Shown piece after piece: positions 50,414 to 61,690 of a DNA stretch of 64,000 nt. The notes under the pieces are model-generated. The model did not search any database, was not told the DNA's origin, and was given only the letters and a program-made list of their open reading frames with translations. Within the stretch, counting starts at the first letter, position 1; every line of letters starts with the position of its first letter. The stretch spans positions 186,001 to 250,000 of the forward strand of contig JAVKOQ020000019.1 in assembly GCA_031835245.2 (NCBI GenBank). Direction: 5' to 3'. The DNA is from Balamuthia mandrillaris (Eukaryota). The translations under genes were made by a program, and so were the position numbers.

Positions 50414-52120
50414 ATGATTCCAGCACCCCCTTCAGAAAGAAGTTTCGGTTATCTGGCAACAACTCCTCCGATTCCACCTCGTCCAAGTTTCCCGTTATAT
50501 CCAACCTTGGTACCACCCGGAAGCGAACTCTCAAGTCCCACTTCCTTGTTCTCAACGACTCGCATCGCAACCCCGCTAAACTCTTCTTCGGACAGCGTTC
50601 TCCCAATGATCGTTCAAGACGCCCCCCGTCCTGGCCGTTTGACCCTCGTCCACCAGTCCTCTGCCGGCCAAGAGGAAGTCCCCATTGTGGTGGACGGACA
50701 GCAGACCGACCGCACTAAGACCGTTCACGTTCAGGTCAAGAACTCGCCTTTCCAGTTGGAGGTGAAGCTCTCCGGCACGGACCTTGAAGCCAAGCCGCTG
50801 GACTTCAACAGCGTGGAGCTCAAGGTCACCCTACACTACGACACCGAGCCCTACGGTGAGGTTCACTTTGTTAAGACCAAGCCCATCGACTTTAAGATGA
50901 AGGTCAAGAAAGACCCCACCGAGGCCATTCTCCGCTGTAGGATTTCCATCCTCACCAGCCAGCACGAAGGGCTCAACTTCCGTGCCCGCGTGGAGGCCAT
51001 TGTACCCTCTGGCACCCTTCAGCAAGAGGGTGAGGAGGACAGCCTCGTTTTCCTCTCCGCCCCCATTCGCGTGATCAGCAAGCCTGAGCAGCTCCCCGGC
51101 CGCCAGGGTAAGAAGAGCAGGGCCAAGAAGAGGACCCACAACGACATGTCCCACAATGTGACTGGCATGAAGCAACACGTCGTCAACCACTTGCTCCAAC
51201 AGATCTCCATCCCACAGCAACACCTGCACTCTTCCAACCCTTCCTCTCCTGGAAGCTTCTACTCGCCCGCTTATTCCCCGGCGATGACCCCTCAGCAACC
51301 CTACCACTCGCCACTGACTTCCTCGCAGGAAGTGTTCCCCACGCTGGCGAGCGAGGCCGGCTCTTCCTCCGCCTCCTCTTATTGCTCCTCCTCCGTTCTG
51401 TCCCGCTCCAATCCGGATCTTCTTGCGGCCGCCTCCTCTCCCTCCATCAACCTTGAGGAGGAATTCTTTGTACAGAATGATCACCGTTCCACCATTAGTA
51501 CCAGCGATGGAGCTCACCTCCAACTGGTCACCCACTTGCAACCTGGAGGAAGCAACTGCTGCAACAACAAGAGCATTGGACGTGGCCGCCGCTCCGTATC
51601 CTCCTCTTCTCTGCCTACAGTGAACGTCACCCACTGGGATGACTTTGTTGCCTACCAGCCCGAGCAACAAGGCCAACAGAAGAAGCGCAGGCTTGTGCCC
51701 ACCGACGAGCAGCAACCAACCACCGTGGTGGCCCTGCCCATTACCAAAAACCCCTCCGTGGAGGACCTCCTCTCCCAGCTATTGGGTGCCTTCTCTGCCC
51801 TGCCGACCATGGAGCAGAGGTCCGAGGCCATTCGCAAGTTCGCCAGGAACTGCGACAGCAAGCAAACGGAGCAGGCCACCGAGCTGGTGGACCTCATGGC
51901 ATCGGCCCTGCGCGTTCCCTCGGCCAGCCCCCTGACCCCCGGCGGCATGGCCGTCGCGGTGGAGGAACCCCCTGCCTTCCACTTCCCTTCCCTGCAGCAC
52001 GACGGCGGCGAGGTCGCCGACGGTGGCGTCTGCTTCTGTTCCCACTGCTTCCCGACGGAGGAGTTTGTTGTGGACAACTTTGACCTCTTTCCCCTTCCCC
52101 CTTCTTTCCTCTCCGCCTAA
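50414..52120 (+). CDS. CudA-like (amoebozoan) transcription factor, intronless CDS
   Basis: VKNSPF, LHYD..EVHFVK.KP, ILTSQHE..F, SAPIRVISKP pattern recalled from the Dictyostelium CudA family. Confidence 0.7.
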   Translation: MIPAPPSERSFGYLATTPPIPPRPSFPLYPTLVPPGSELSSPTSLFSTTRIATPLNSSSDSVLPMIVQDAPRPGRLTLVHQSSAGQEEVPIVVDGQQTDRTKTVHVQVKNSPFQLEVKLSGTDLEAKPLDFNSVELKVTLHYDTEPYGEVHFVKTKPIDFKMKVKKDPTEAILRCRISILTSQHEGLNFRARVEAIVPSGTLQQEGEEDSLVFLSAPIRVISKPEQLPGRQGKKSRAKKRTHNDMSHNVTGMKQHVVNHLLQQISIPQQHLHSSNPSSPGSFYSPAYSPAMTPQQPYHSPLTSSQEVFPTLASEAGSSSASSYCSSSVLSRSNPDLLAAASSPSINLEEEFFVQNDHRSTISTSDGAHLQLVTHLQPGGSNCCNNKSIGRGRRSVSSSSLPTVNVTHWDDFVAYQPEQQGQQKKRRLVPTDEQQPTTVVALPITKNPSVEDLLSQLLGAFSALPTMEQRSEAIRKFARNCDSKQTEQATELVDLMASALRVPSASPLTPGGMAVAVEEPPAFHFPSLQHDGGEVADGGVCFCSHCFPTEEFVVDNFDLFPLPPSFLSA

Positions 52121-52598
52121 CCACCCTCTCCTCTCTTTCATTTATTTGTGCACATTTTTTTTCTTTTTAATTTTTATTTACCGTATAAGTACTTTGAAGA
52201 TCTTCTTTAAATAGCCAAATTTCATTCCGGAAAAACTTTTTTAGCCGTTTCATCTTTTTCGCGCAGCAACACTAAAAAAAGCATAGATCGTATTTGCCGC
52301 GATTGGTGCAAAAACGTCCGCGCGGCTATTTACATCCGAATAGAGATACTTTGGTTTATTGGTTACGCGGTGCGCTTTTTAGGTTTGCTGGGTTTTAGGT
52401 AACTCAGCATTTAGCGGTATCATAAATTCAACGCGGGGGTTCAAAGAACTATAGTTTTTTCTTCGTTTTTCTTTACCAGTTTCAAAGAAAAATAGTACGA
52501 CACTTACACACACAACGCAACAAACTCATCCCTGAGGGACCAGACAAGTTCCGTGTCCTTTCGCCTTGTTTTTTTTTTTTCAGTTTCGCTCGCGCGTC

Positions 52599-53615
52599 AT
52601 GAATGCACTTTTGACCACCACCAGCAACACCTCCTCCTCCGCGGCAACGGACCTACGGTGTGCGCCCAACCTGCCATCTGCATTTCAGCCAACCACCCCC
52701 ATTCCCTATTTTTCTCTGCCAGTCAATACTTATTTTTCAGGGGCAGAGCGCAATCACAATCACCACAACAACATGATCCCTCAACCCTTTGTTCCTACGG
52801 CCTCCAGGGTACTCCCTCCTCTATCCAGCGTGATCTCCCCCTGCTTCCATCGTCCCAAGAACCTCACCTCCGAGGGATCTTCCTCCTCACCCCCGTCATC
52901 CCCTCCCCCCAGCCTCAATGCCTTCATGATATCCACACATCTTCAGCCGGACTCATCATCCCCCTCCCCTTCCTCGCGGTCAGCCTCAGGCTCGAGCTCA
53001 GGCTCGGAGCAGCTCCTCTCCTACGATTTTATTTCTCGACTGCTTCAACAGGCCAGGGAGCAAGGATACAGAGAAGGCTTTGCTCAAGGACAAAGGGCAG
53101 CTTCCTCGGGGCAGCTCAGTCCCAGCAGACCTTCATCTCCGGCGGCGGAGGCGTTGGCAGAGATTAGCAGCAGATCTTCATCTTCCCCTTCCTCTCCTAC
53201 CACTTCCCGCAAAAGATCCACTTCGTCCTCGGACCTTGCACACAAAGGCTCGCCTCAACTACGGCAAATAAATCAACGAAATCGTAAACTACGAAAGAGC
53301 ACACAGACAGAGGAATTGTTGATCTTGGAAACGAGCTTCAGGCAACAACAAGTGCCCACACAGAAGGAGAAGCAAAAGCTGGCCAAGAGGATCGGCTGGA
53401 GCTACAGCAGAGTCCAGGTCTGGTTCCAGAATCGACGAGCCAAGGAGCGACGACGAGAGGGAGGCTCCTTGTCCCCCGTTCTCCTCTCTTCATACCAAGG
53501 AAATGATTTGAACGAGGATGGTCAGTACAGCCACCACCACCGAGGAGCATCTCCTCTCTCTGCTGCACCACGAGCGATCCTTCCCCGAAGCAGCGACGAC
53601 CCCGACCGGACATAG
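52599..53615 (+). CDS. Homeodomain transcription factor
   Basis: LETSF..P..EKQKLAKRIG..RVQVWFQNRRAKERR (Q50 class). Confidence 0.92.
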   Translation: MNALLTTTSNTSSSAATDLRCAPNLPSAFQPTTPIPYFSLPVNTYFSGAERNHNHHNNMIPQPFVPTASRVLPPLSSVISPCFHRPKNLTSEGSSSSPPSSPPPSLNAFMISTHLQPDSSSPSPSSRSASGSSSGSEQLLSYDFISRLLQQAREQGYREGFAQGQRAASSGQLSPSRPSSPAAEALAEISSRSSSSPSSPTTSRKRSTSSSDLAHKGSPQLRQINQRNRKLRKSTQTEELLILETSFRQQQVPTQKEKQKLAKRIGWSYSRVQVWFQNRRAKERRREGGSLSPVLLSSYQGNDLNEDGQYSHHHRGASPLSAAPRAILPRSSDDPDRT

Positions 53616-53977
53616 AAAGAGAGAAACGAACCGCCTTCACACCCCGAAGCACATAGAGAGCTTCATTTGTTTTTTTAATTTTTTATTTGGTTTGTCCCTG
53701 TAGAAAAACACAATAACACCACCTTTTCAAGCAACACCACACACAAAAAAACAAAAGGGAGAGAGACATTTTTGTTTTCTCTGTTCGTCTTCTCCTTCGC
53801 CTCTTTACTCCTACTATCGTGGGTTTCCCCGCCCACAAACGCACAAAGAGAAGAGAGCTCCTCGTCAGCGCAAAGAGCATCATTTACTCAAACGATATTT
53901 GGGAGCACGCACGCGCATTTCATTTGGGTGATGGACTTCAAGGAAAAAAGAGGTTCTCTCGTTTGGCTTATTGCATT

Positions 53978-54053
53978 CCATGAAGCTACCGACCCCTCGA
54001 GCCCGTTCCGCAAGGACAACGGGAGACCAAGAAATGTCGGGCTTATCTCATGG
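53978..54053 (+). ncRNA. Candidate structured RNA hairpin with GCAA tetraloop
   Basis: Nested helices CCATGA/TCATGG, AGC/GCT, CCGAC/GTCGG, CCCGT/ACGGG, TCC-GCAA-GGA. Confidence 0.3.
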
Positions 54054-54221
54054 CTGACGCCAGCACCGTCGATCACCTGTTTAATGATCGAATTTTCCTG
54101 TAAAATCGTGCGAAGTTTACTATGTATGTTGATGAAATTTGGCCTTGAAATTTCGAATTGGAGACAAAGTAAAAAAAAAAGGAAAGAAGAAGAAACGAAG
54201 GAAGCGACTTGGCATTCATTC

Positions 54222-54660
54222 ATGACATCGCCGCAAGGAAGCATGAGCGCGTTTACCTACCGCAAACAAAGCTGGTGGGCGGATGAAGGGTGGCTCTACA
54301 TGACACCCTTGATAGCAGCCCCAACACTGCCATTAGGTATTTTTTTTTTGTTTTCAAAAAAAACACTATTGCTATTCGTCTTATCCGATTGAATTCATTC
54401 TCTTTTGTTCAACAGTGCGCATTTGGCTGCGCGACCGGCCGAAGGCACGGACATGGGTGTTTGGTGGTCTCGTTGCCTTCTTCCTTGCGCATGGAGCGTT
54501 CCTTATTTCCAAGTTTTGTTGAGCTTCTGTTCCTTTCTTCCTTTTTCATCTTGCTCACTGCATTTTTTTTTTCAATCACAGAGCTAGTCGTAGCGCCAAC
54601 GAAAGAGAGCAACGACGGATCGAAGAGTTTGATAGAGCAAGGATCCATGTCCCCAAGTGA
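54222..54660 (+). CDS. Small (96 aa) membrane protein, 3 exons (54222-54336, 54416-54512, 54582-54660)
   Basis: Two GT..AG introns join to a 291-nt ORF: ..YMTPLIAAPTLPLVRIWLRDRPKARTWVFGGLVAFFLAHGAFLISK.. Confidence 0.7.
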
Positions 54661-54855
54661 ATGGGTGTTCAGTGTATCCTTGTTTGCTAGCACCCGCTGG
54701 CTTTTATTTATTTATTTTGAACGAAGAAACGCTTCGTTGCTCTTCTTTGTTCTTGTTGTTCATAGTGTTCCTTTTCCTCTCCTTCTTTCGAGAAGGAAAT
54801 GAATCTCGCTTATTCGTATTCTTATGTTGCACTTCCTTGTGCTTCTTTACCGTCT

Positions 54856-54893
<38 letters not shown>

Positions 54894-55001
54894 GACGAAA
54901 AGCAAACAGTTGCATTTCTAATGTTTCTTTTATTCACTCTTCTCTCGCATACACTTTCTTACTCTTTATCGTCTCTTTCTCTTTCTCTCTCTCTCATTCA
55001 C

Positions 55002-56996
55002 TCACTGACTCAAGCTTCTGTCTCTGCCCCCACCAGCAGCCTGCATCCTAGGATAAGGGTCCTCGTCCTCCTCCTCGCTGCTGGAGTACTCATCCTCCTC
55101 GACTTGCACGGGCGGGCTGCTCGTCCGCAAAAACTCATAGATATCTATCTCCTGGTCGCTCTCATCCTCCGTCAGCTGTCTCTCCGTCGCCAGGAACAGG
55201 CGACAGGTCTCCGGCTGAGCGCCCAAGCCGGTGGGGGCGGTGGAGGCGGCCGCAGAAGAGGAGGCAGCGGCGGAGGATGAGCGGTGGTGTCTCCGGTGCC
55301 GCTCCTGGCGAGTCTCTACCAGGATGTTGCCCAGGGAGACCAAGCCGCTGCGGAAAAAGTGGTCATCCTGGATGTGGATCGTGCAGAGCTCCTCCTTCTC
55401 CAGGCGGTAGTTGGCCGTTCTGGTGGAAGTGGTGGTGAGCCTGTGGCGGCGATCTCTCTCCACCACCGTGATGACCACCGTGTTGTGGTCCTTGAAGTGG
55501 AGGCGGTGGTGCTGCCTCTTCTTCTGGCGGCAGCTCTGGTTGCTGAACACCACGCCCAGGAGGGGCTCGATGGAGGGCATAAAGTGGAGGTGGTTGCCAT
55601 CCAGGTGCTGGTTCTTGACCTCCAACGGCGAGCGACCCATGATGTGAAGGTCATGAGAGGCTCCTCCCACAACGCCTCCGCCTCTCCCTCCTATGGCCCC
55701 TTGAAAGCCAGAGAAGCAGGCCATCAACACGACTACCTTTCTTTGGATGCCCAGGCGGATGAGCACGGTGTTGCCCTCGCGAAAGAGGTCATAGGCGTTG
55801 TTGACCTTGTTCTGCAGTTGGAACTGGTTGGTGGTGACGAAGCGCACGCGTCCGCCACCGTCCAGCACCGTGCTCGGAGGGAAGAAGCGATAGTAGGCGA
55901 AAAAGTCCTCCTCGTCCTTGGTGCGTTGGAGGTAGAGCCCATCAAAGCGAAGAAGCCCTCCCACTCCGGTTCCCAATGGGCCATAAGGGAGACTTCCGTG
56001 GTACGAGGAGGAGAAGGAAGAAGACGCAGAAGAGGGGAAGGAAGAGGAGGAGGGTAGCTGTTTGTCGGGATAGAGAGAAACATTGGGAAGGGTGACGGCT
56101 CTGCCTTTGGCAGCGAGGGCAGCATAGGGCGAGGATGGTGCTGAAGAGGAGGAAGCGGAGGAAGAGGCAGCAGCGCTAGAAAGAGAAGCGGGGTGTGGAG
56201 AGGTTTCCGTGGCAGAAGCAGCAGCAGAACCACAGGAAGAACAGGTAGAGGGAGGGGCAGCAAAAGGACTGTACAGAGGATGAAAGAGGTACTGTTGTTG
56301 CCGTAGCAGCAAAGGTGCATGAGGATCAGAAGAAGAGGCCTGCAAGTGCTCCGTGTCAAGCGGGATGAGGTAAAAGTGAGCCTCCCGCTCCACCGCCCTT
56401 TTGGACATGCCGACAGGGATGCGCAGCTCCCCGGTGCGAAGAAAGGAGAGCAACGGCTCGAAATACTGGCCATCCCGGTCGATGAAATAGTAGCCCTCCT
56501 CATCCATGGTGGCCCTGAACTTGCCAGAGAGGAGGGAGGTGAAGAAGTTCTCCCCGCGACAGGTGAGCGTGAAGGCCGTGGTGTAGTACTTGTGGCCCCC
56601 GATGTTGAGCTTCACGATCGAGGAGGAGTGAGGGCGGTGGTGAAGCTCGTGGGGGAGGGCGTAAGCGCCGCCGCCTCGGCTGCTGTCAAGCTCATCGGCG
56701 GGGATGGTGCCCGTGGGGTCGAAGAAAGTGATGGAGCCGGCGTGCCCTTGGTTAGTAGTAGTCAAGGCTTGTTGTGGCTCGTTGTTGGGGCGACCACGAA
56801 CACCGGCTTTGCCGTCGGTGTCCTCTTCTTTCTCCTTCTCCTTCTCTTTGCTCTCTTTCGATCTTTGGCTTTTGGAGCTGCTCCCATTTTTGTTGGGATT
56901 TTTTGACTTTTTTGACTTTATCATCTCTTCTTGTGCTGCGTTTGGTCTTTTTTTTTTGGCCGCCTTGCCGTGTGGTGTGCGGGATTCAGAACCCAC
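55002..56996 (-). CDS. BTB/POZ (KCTD/T1-type) domain protein; first in-frame ATG at 56924
   Basis: IVKLNIGGHKYYTT..TL, YFIDRDGQYF..LLSFLRTG, REAHFY. Confidence 0.88.
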   Translation of the reverse strand: MGSESRTPHGKAAKKKRPNAAQEEMIKSKKSKNPNKNGSSSKSQRSKESKEKEKEKEEDTDGKAGVRGRPNNEPQQALTTTNQGHAGSITFFDPTGTIPADELDSSRGGGAYALPHELHHRPHSSSIVKLNIGGHKYYTTAFTLTCRGENFFTSLLSGKFRATMDEEGYYFIDRDGQYFEPLLSFLRTGELRIPVGMSKRAVEREAHFYLIPLDTEHLQASSSDPHAPLLLRQQQYLFHPLYSPFAAPPSTCSSCGSAAASATETSPHPASLSSAAASSSASSSSAPSSPYAALAAKGRAVTLPNVSLYPDKQLPSSSSFPSSASSSFSSSYHGSLPYGPLGTGVGGLLRFDGLYLQRTKDEEDFFAYYRFFPPSTVLDGGGRVRFVTTNQFQLQNKVNNAYDLFREGNTVLIRLGIQRKVVVLMACFSGFQGAIGGRGGGVVGGASHDLHIMGRSPLEVKNQHLDGNHLHFMPSIEPLLGVVFSNQSCRQKKRQHHRLHFKDHNTVVITVVERDRRHRLTTTSTRTANYRLEKEELCTIHIQDDHFFRSGLVSLGNILVETRQERHRRHHRSSSAAASSSAAASTAPTGLGAQPETCRLFLATERQLTEDESDQEIDIYEFLRTSSPPVQVEEDEYSSSEEEDEDPYPRMQAAGGGRDRSLSQ

Positions 56997-57365
56997 AATC
57001 GTAAGAGCACGCGATAGCGAGAGAGAGAGAGAGAATCCGAAAAGACTTGGTTGTTTTTCGTTTCTGGTCGTATTTTTCTTTCTTCTTTTTTTTATTTGTT
57101 TAATAATTATTTATTCGCTTCGATCTCTATCTGTCCGATCGATTATTTATTCTTGTTAATTCCGAGCCAATCCCCTTTCGTTGCCTCGATCACAAATTCC
57201 GTTTCGTAAATTTTCTAAGAATTTTTTTACAAAATTTGGCTCTCGCTTTTTCCCGCCAAATTCTTCCCACCATAAAACGGCAACAAATGCGCGCCAAAAG
57301 CCCAGCCAAACACCCAAACTTTAGAGCGGTTTAAACGAAACAAGCACGCACGCACGCACAGACAA

Positions 57366-57728
57366 ATGACCTCTTCGTCTCAAGCCAACCGTCCCCCCTT
57401 TTCAACAGCGCCGTTGTTGTGGGAGCAGCGGATGAACAAACAACAGCTGAGCCTGTTGCGGTACCGGTGGAGCCGCACCCCTGAGGGCAACCCACAGCGA
57501 CGCCAGGCGCTGGAGCACAAAATGGCGGAGGTGAGGCACAGGCAACGCACTCTCAAGTTTTTCCACCAGATCGCGCACCACCAACGGCTTTTGGCGGCGG
57601 CGAGTGCTGGAGCGGCACTTGCCCCTGCGCCTCTTCCCAGCAACAACAACAGCTCTTGCGCCGTGCAAGATGCACGAAGCAAGCCGAACAGCAGCATACA
57701 CAACTCGTTCCTGGCGATCACACCATAG
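57366..57728 (+). CDS. Hypothetical 120-aa basic protein
   Basis: ATG-initiated GC-rich ORF flanked by promoter-like and AT-rich 3' sequence. Confidence 0.5.
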   Translation: MTSSSQANRPPFSTAPLLWEQRMNKQQLSLLRYRWSRTPEGNPQRRQALEHKMAEVRHRQRTLKFFHQIAHHQRLLAAASAGAALAPAPLPSNNNSSCAVQDARSKPNSSIHNSFLAITP

Positions 57729-58033
57729 CTGCGTACCATTGAACTTGTCTCTCTCTCTCTCTCTCTCTCCATTTTGTTTTTTGTCTTTTGCTGCGTGAGG
57801 TCGCAGCAAAAATCTATTTTTTTAATGTATAAACAAACAATCATGACGACACGATGTTGCATATCTCGCTGTGTCTACCGCCACCCACAGTTCTCAGTGT
57901 CTCCTATCCTGGCTCTTCTACCTTGACCTCTTTCATGACGACGTGGTCTCTTTCAGGACCTGTCCTTTTTGCCCGCATCGTAACCCACAGCAACGAAAAC
58001 AGAGAAAGGAAACACACCGAGAGAGAGAAGAGA

Positions 58034-58203
58034 ATGGAAGCAAGTGGTGGTAGTGGTGGTGGTGGGGCGGACGTGAGGAAACTATTTGCTGGCATGGTCG
58101 TGGCGTTCGCCCAGCGGTTGAGCAGAAGGGAGTGGGGCGAGTGGGAACGAACGGTTTGTGGGCATGGCGGCGTCCTTGGCTTCTCCATCACTCCGGAGGT
58201 CTA

Positions 58204-58248
<45 letters not shown>

Positions 58249-61200
58249 TTTTGTTTCCACTAGTTCTTTTAGTTGTGTGGTTCTTGTATCCTCCTCTCTT
58301 TCTTCCTTCTTCTCATTGTTGTTCGTCTTCTTATTGCCATGTCTCTTTTCAACTACCTGCACTACCCACAGACGACTCACGTTGTGGCCCAGCCAGAAGA
58401 CTTTGCCTCGTTGAGGGACAGGATACCCGTCGGTGCTCGTCTAGTCACAACCACGTACCTCCGCGAGAGCCTCGCCCAAGGAGCTCTCCTCGACTCTCCT
58501 TCTTCTTCTCCTTCCTCTGCTTCTCCTCTTTCATCCTACAACGCAAGCACCAACGATAGTTGCAGCACGGATAAATTGTCACAACTCAAAGCGTTGCTGC
58601 CTTCCATCCCAGATGACTCTCTTCCTCCTCCATCAAAGAAGAAAGGAACGGAACAAGCGCAGCAACACTCAACGACGCCCATGTCTTTGAAAAAGAGCAG
58701 AGAGGAGGAGGAAGAGGAAAAGCGGGAGGCACACCCAATGCCATTGCCTTCTTTTATGTTTGCTGCTGCCTCTACTTCCCAGAAAGAGAAGACAGCGAAG
58801 GGCGAAGTGGAAGAGGAGTTTCAGGAAGCTGATATTCTTTTTGGAGCAGAGCAGAGCATGATGGGTATCATTCGCTGTAGCGATGAAGACCGTACACGTT
58901 CCCTTCTTCTTCTTTTATGTTCTATTCCTTGACTCTCTTCTCTTGTCTCGTTTCTGTTCTTATGCTCCTTTCTCTAGGCCTCTCTCCCCTTCTTCTCTTC
59001 TCTTTTCTGCTTCTATGCTTCGCCTATTCTCTCTTTCTGCTCCTCTTCTTACCTTCTCTGCTTTTCTTGTCCTGTCGTTCTCTCATTTTCTTGTCTGTTC
59101 ACTTTATCAGTCATTTCCAGCACGGAGCCAAAATTAGATCTATCAGAGCTGCGCAATCCTGACCGGGGTTACCAGGGTTCTTTAGAAATGCCAGAAACCT
59201 CTCCCAGAAAACTCATTCGTCGCACTCACAGCAAAACCTTAACCGTCCTCTCTAGCAAAAAACCCAACGCTACACTTGGTTTGCTCGTTCCAAACTCTCC
59301 GAGCTTACAACGGAAGAACAAGAGTAAGCAAAAAAACAACGGCGAGCTTGACAAAGACTGCTCTCCTTCTCTCGCATCTCTTGTCGCTACTCCTGGTTTG
59401 AGTCGAAGTCTCGATGAACTTACTGCAGAACCATCTCTCTCCTCTTCCTCCTCTTTGGACGACGATGACTCTCTATCTTCTATCGTGCAAAACAACAGCC
59501 ACAAAGACAATCCGCTAAGCTTCATCGGGGCGTTGATGAAACGAATCGTGTTGGCAAATAACAACGTGATGGCTCGTCACGTTGGCGAATCCGTTCGTGT
59601 TTGGGAGCTCGATAAGGATGGTTATGCTCTCGGCATGCCTTTCTTCCCAGATATTCATGCCATTGAGCGATTTGACGTCTTCACCAAGGCAAGCTTCATT
59701 TAACTCTCTCATCTCTGTTTCTCTTTTCTTAAACCTTGAAAAATTCAGGAGGACGAAACTTCGCTTCATTTCTTTGTGATTGAATTGCATTCGGTGTCTG
59801 GAAGAGGGCGAGAGAGTCTCCGTATCTACAACCATTGCGGCCGGTGGAACTCCAACACCTGCTCCGTTAAAGAAAGTTCAAAGCAATATCGTTTTCCTCC
59901 TGACCGAAAAAGTGCGGAGGTAATAACTCTCTCTCTCTCTCTTGCATGTTTAATTCAGTTGTAGTTAACAGTTTTCTGTTAATCCTTAGAACATTTACAA
60001 CAAGCTTTTAGAATGGCTACACTCATCAGAATCACCGTTGCAATGGATATACTATCCACCAAATAGTTTAGCGGGTTGGTCATGGCTTTCTAGAGAAACC
60101 TACAACCAATGGAAACGAGGCTTGGAGTTGGTGATAGAGTTGGAACGGCTTTCTTCTTCTTCTTGGAGTTCTGTTTCTTCGATTGCGCAAATAACTGAAG
60201 AAAGCAAAGAACAAACAATTGCGTCATTGAGTGCGCTTCATGACGCGTTGAAGGAAACAGTGATGAAAGCTATAGCTGCATTGAAGGACTTTCACGTCGG
60301 CTCACCATTCTCTCACCAACTCCAGTCCAAACGAACAGTCTCTCTCATTCTGGACAATCTCTTCTTTATTCATTCTTCGTCTTCAACGTCTTCTTCAACT
60401 TCTCTCACGTCTTTCACAGCAGTGGATGAAGGTCTCTGGCACGAATGGTTGAGCCTATGCTTTGCCATTTTACGAACATCAACCAGCCCACAAGCGCAAC
60501 AAACGATTTTCTTTCTGCCTAGAAGAGCTCCAATCGTGGAAGCTTTCACCAACACCACGTTTTACCAAAGCCATCTCCTTCTCCCCTTCTCCTCTTCTCT
60601 TTCTGTCTCACAACGTCAACAACGAACAAAAGAAAGCGCAGGTATAGGACGCATCAGAGCCAATATTTTCATTCGAGAATTGGTGAAAGCCAACCACGAG
60701 GACTTGGATGCCTTTCTTCTCAAAGGACTAAAACGCTACCAGTTCAACCTAAGTGATCCCTTAGATTCCACTTCCTCTCCCTCTTCTTCTCTCTCCACAA
60801 ATCTCAGTCAATGGCAGCAACACCAACAGTCGCCACAAATGGACAAACAGGAAGAAAGCGAAAAGAAAGAAGAGGAGAATCATAACGAAAAAGCGAATAC
60901 AGTGACTGTCAAAAGGCGAGGACAAACGGAACCGCTGGAGGGCGAAACGGAGAAAACGGACGCAACGGAAGCTTGCTTGTTGTATCATTGTGTAGATAGT
61001 TTGTTCAAGTTTCCTGGCAACAGCATCTTGCATGCGCTTATCAGCGAGACCATCTGCGCGCTATTTGCTCGACATATCGATGAGGCGCCCATCTTTGAAT
61101 CCGAGGAAGAAGAAAATAACGAGAAAGATAACAACGCTTTGGATCAACAACACTCGATGAAAAAGAACAGCACCAACACGTTTGGAGGCGCACTACCTCA

Positions 61201-61690
61201 TGAGGAGAGAAGAAGCAGCCGTTTAACTCTTGTCTGCCAAAAGTTTGTGCTGAACAACTGCTCCTTGCTACAGCGGATATTATCTCTTTTCAACACAGCA
61301 GAAGATCAACATCAGCCAAAAAGCGAAAGACGAAAGGACGACATGGCTCATGCTGTACAAATCGCCAATGCCTTTGAATCTCTCGCTCACTCTCTCGCTC
61401 TTCAAGCTGATTCTTCTTCTTTTTCTTCTCCGACTTCTTCACCGGGTTGTCCTCCTTCCTCCAGTAAGCAGGATGCAACGGAACGATTGGAGGAGAACTA
61501 TGCCAGAGTGTTGGCGCAGGTGTTCGCCCTGCCCAAGGACGTCCGAGAGGAGTGGCCCCGATTCGTGAAGCACAGACTCGCCTCCCTCAACGCGCTCAAC
61601 CAACGCACCGAAGCATTCACGCCGCCTTCTCCATTGCCCCATCCTTCTCATGAGTCCTGGTACCCCATTTCGCCTGCAAAATTTAAATAA
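58034..61690 (+). CDS. BRCT + WGR-like + SAPS-like multidomain protein, multi-exon
   Basis: LFAGMVVAF..HGG..TTHVV..LVTTTYLRESL (BRCT); FFVIELH..LRIYNHCGR (WGR-like); LFKFPGNSILH, MAHAVQIAN, WPRFV..L (SAPS-like). Confidence 0.65.

Noticed and set aside
53978..54075. TPP riboswitch, SECIS, HDV or hammerhead ribozyme
   Set aside because: Only partial motifs; the required conserved cores are missing
55284..56057. Long antisense ORFs (also 3430-4080, 48076-48729, 50831-51715)
   Set aside because: Shadow frames of GC3-rich genes on the opposite strand
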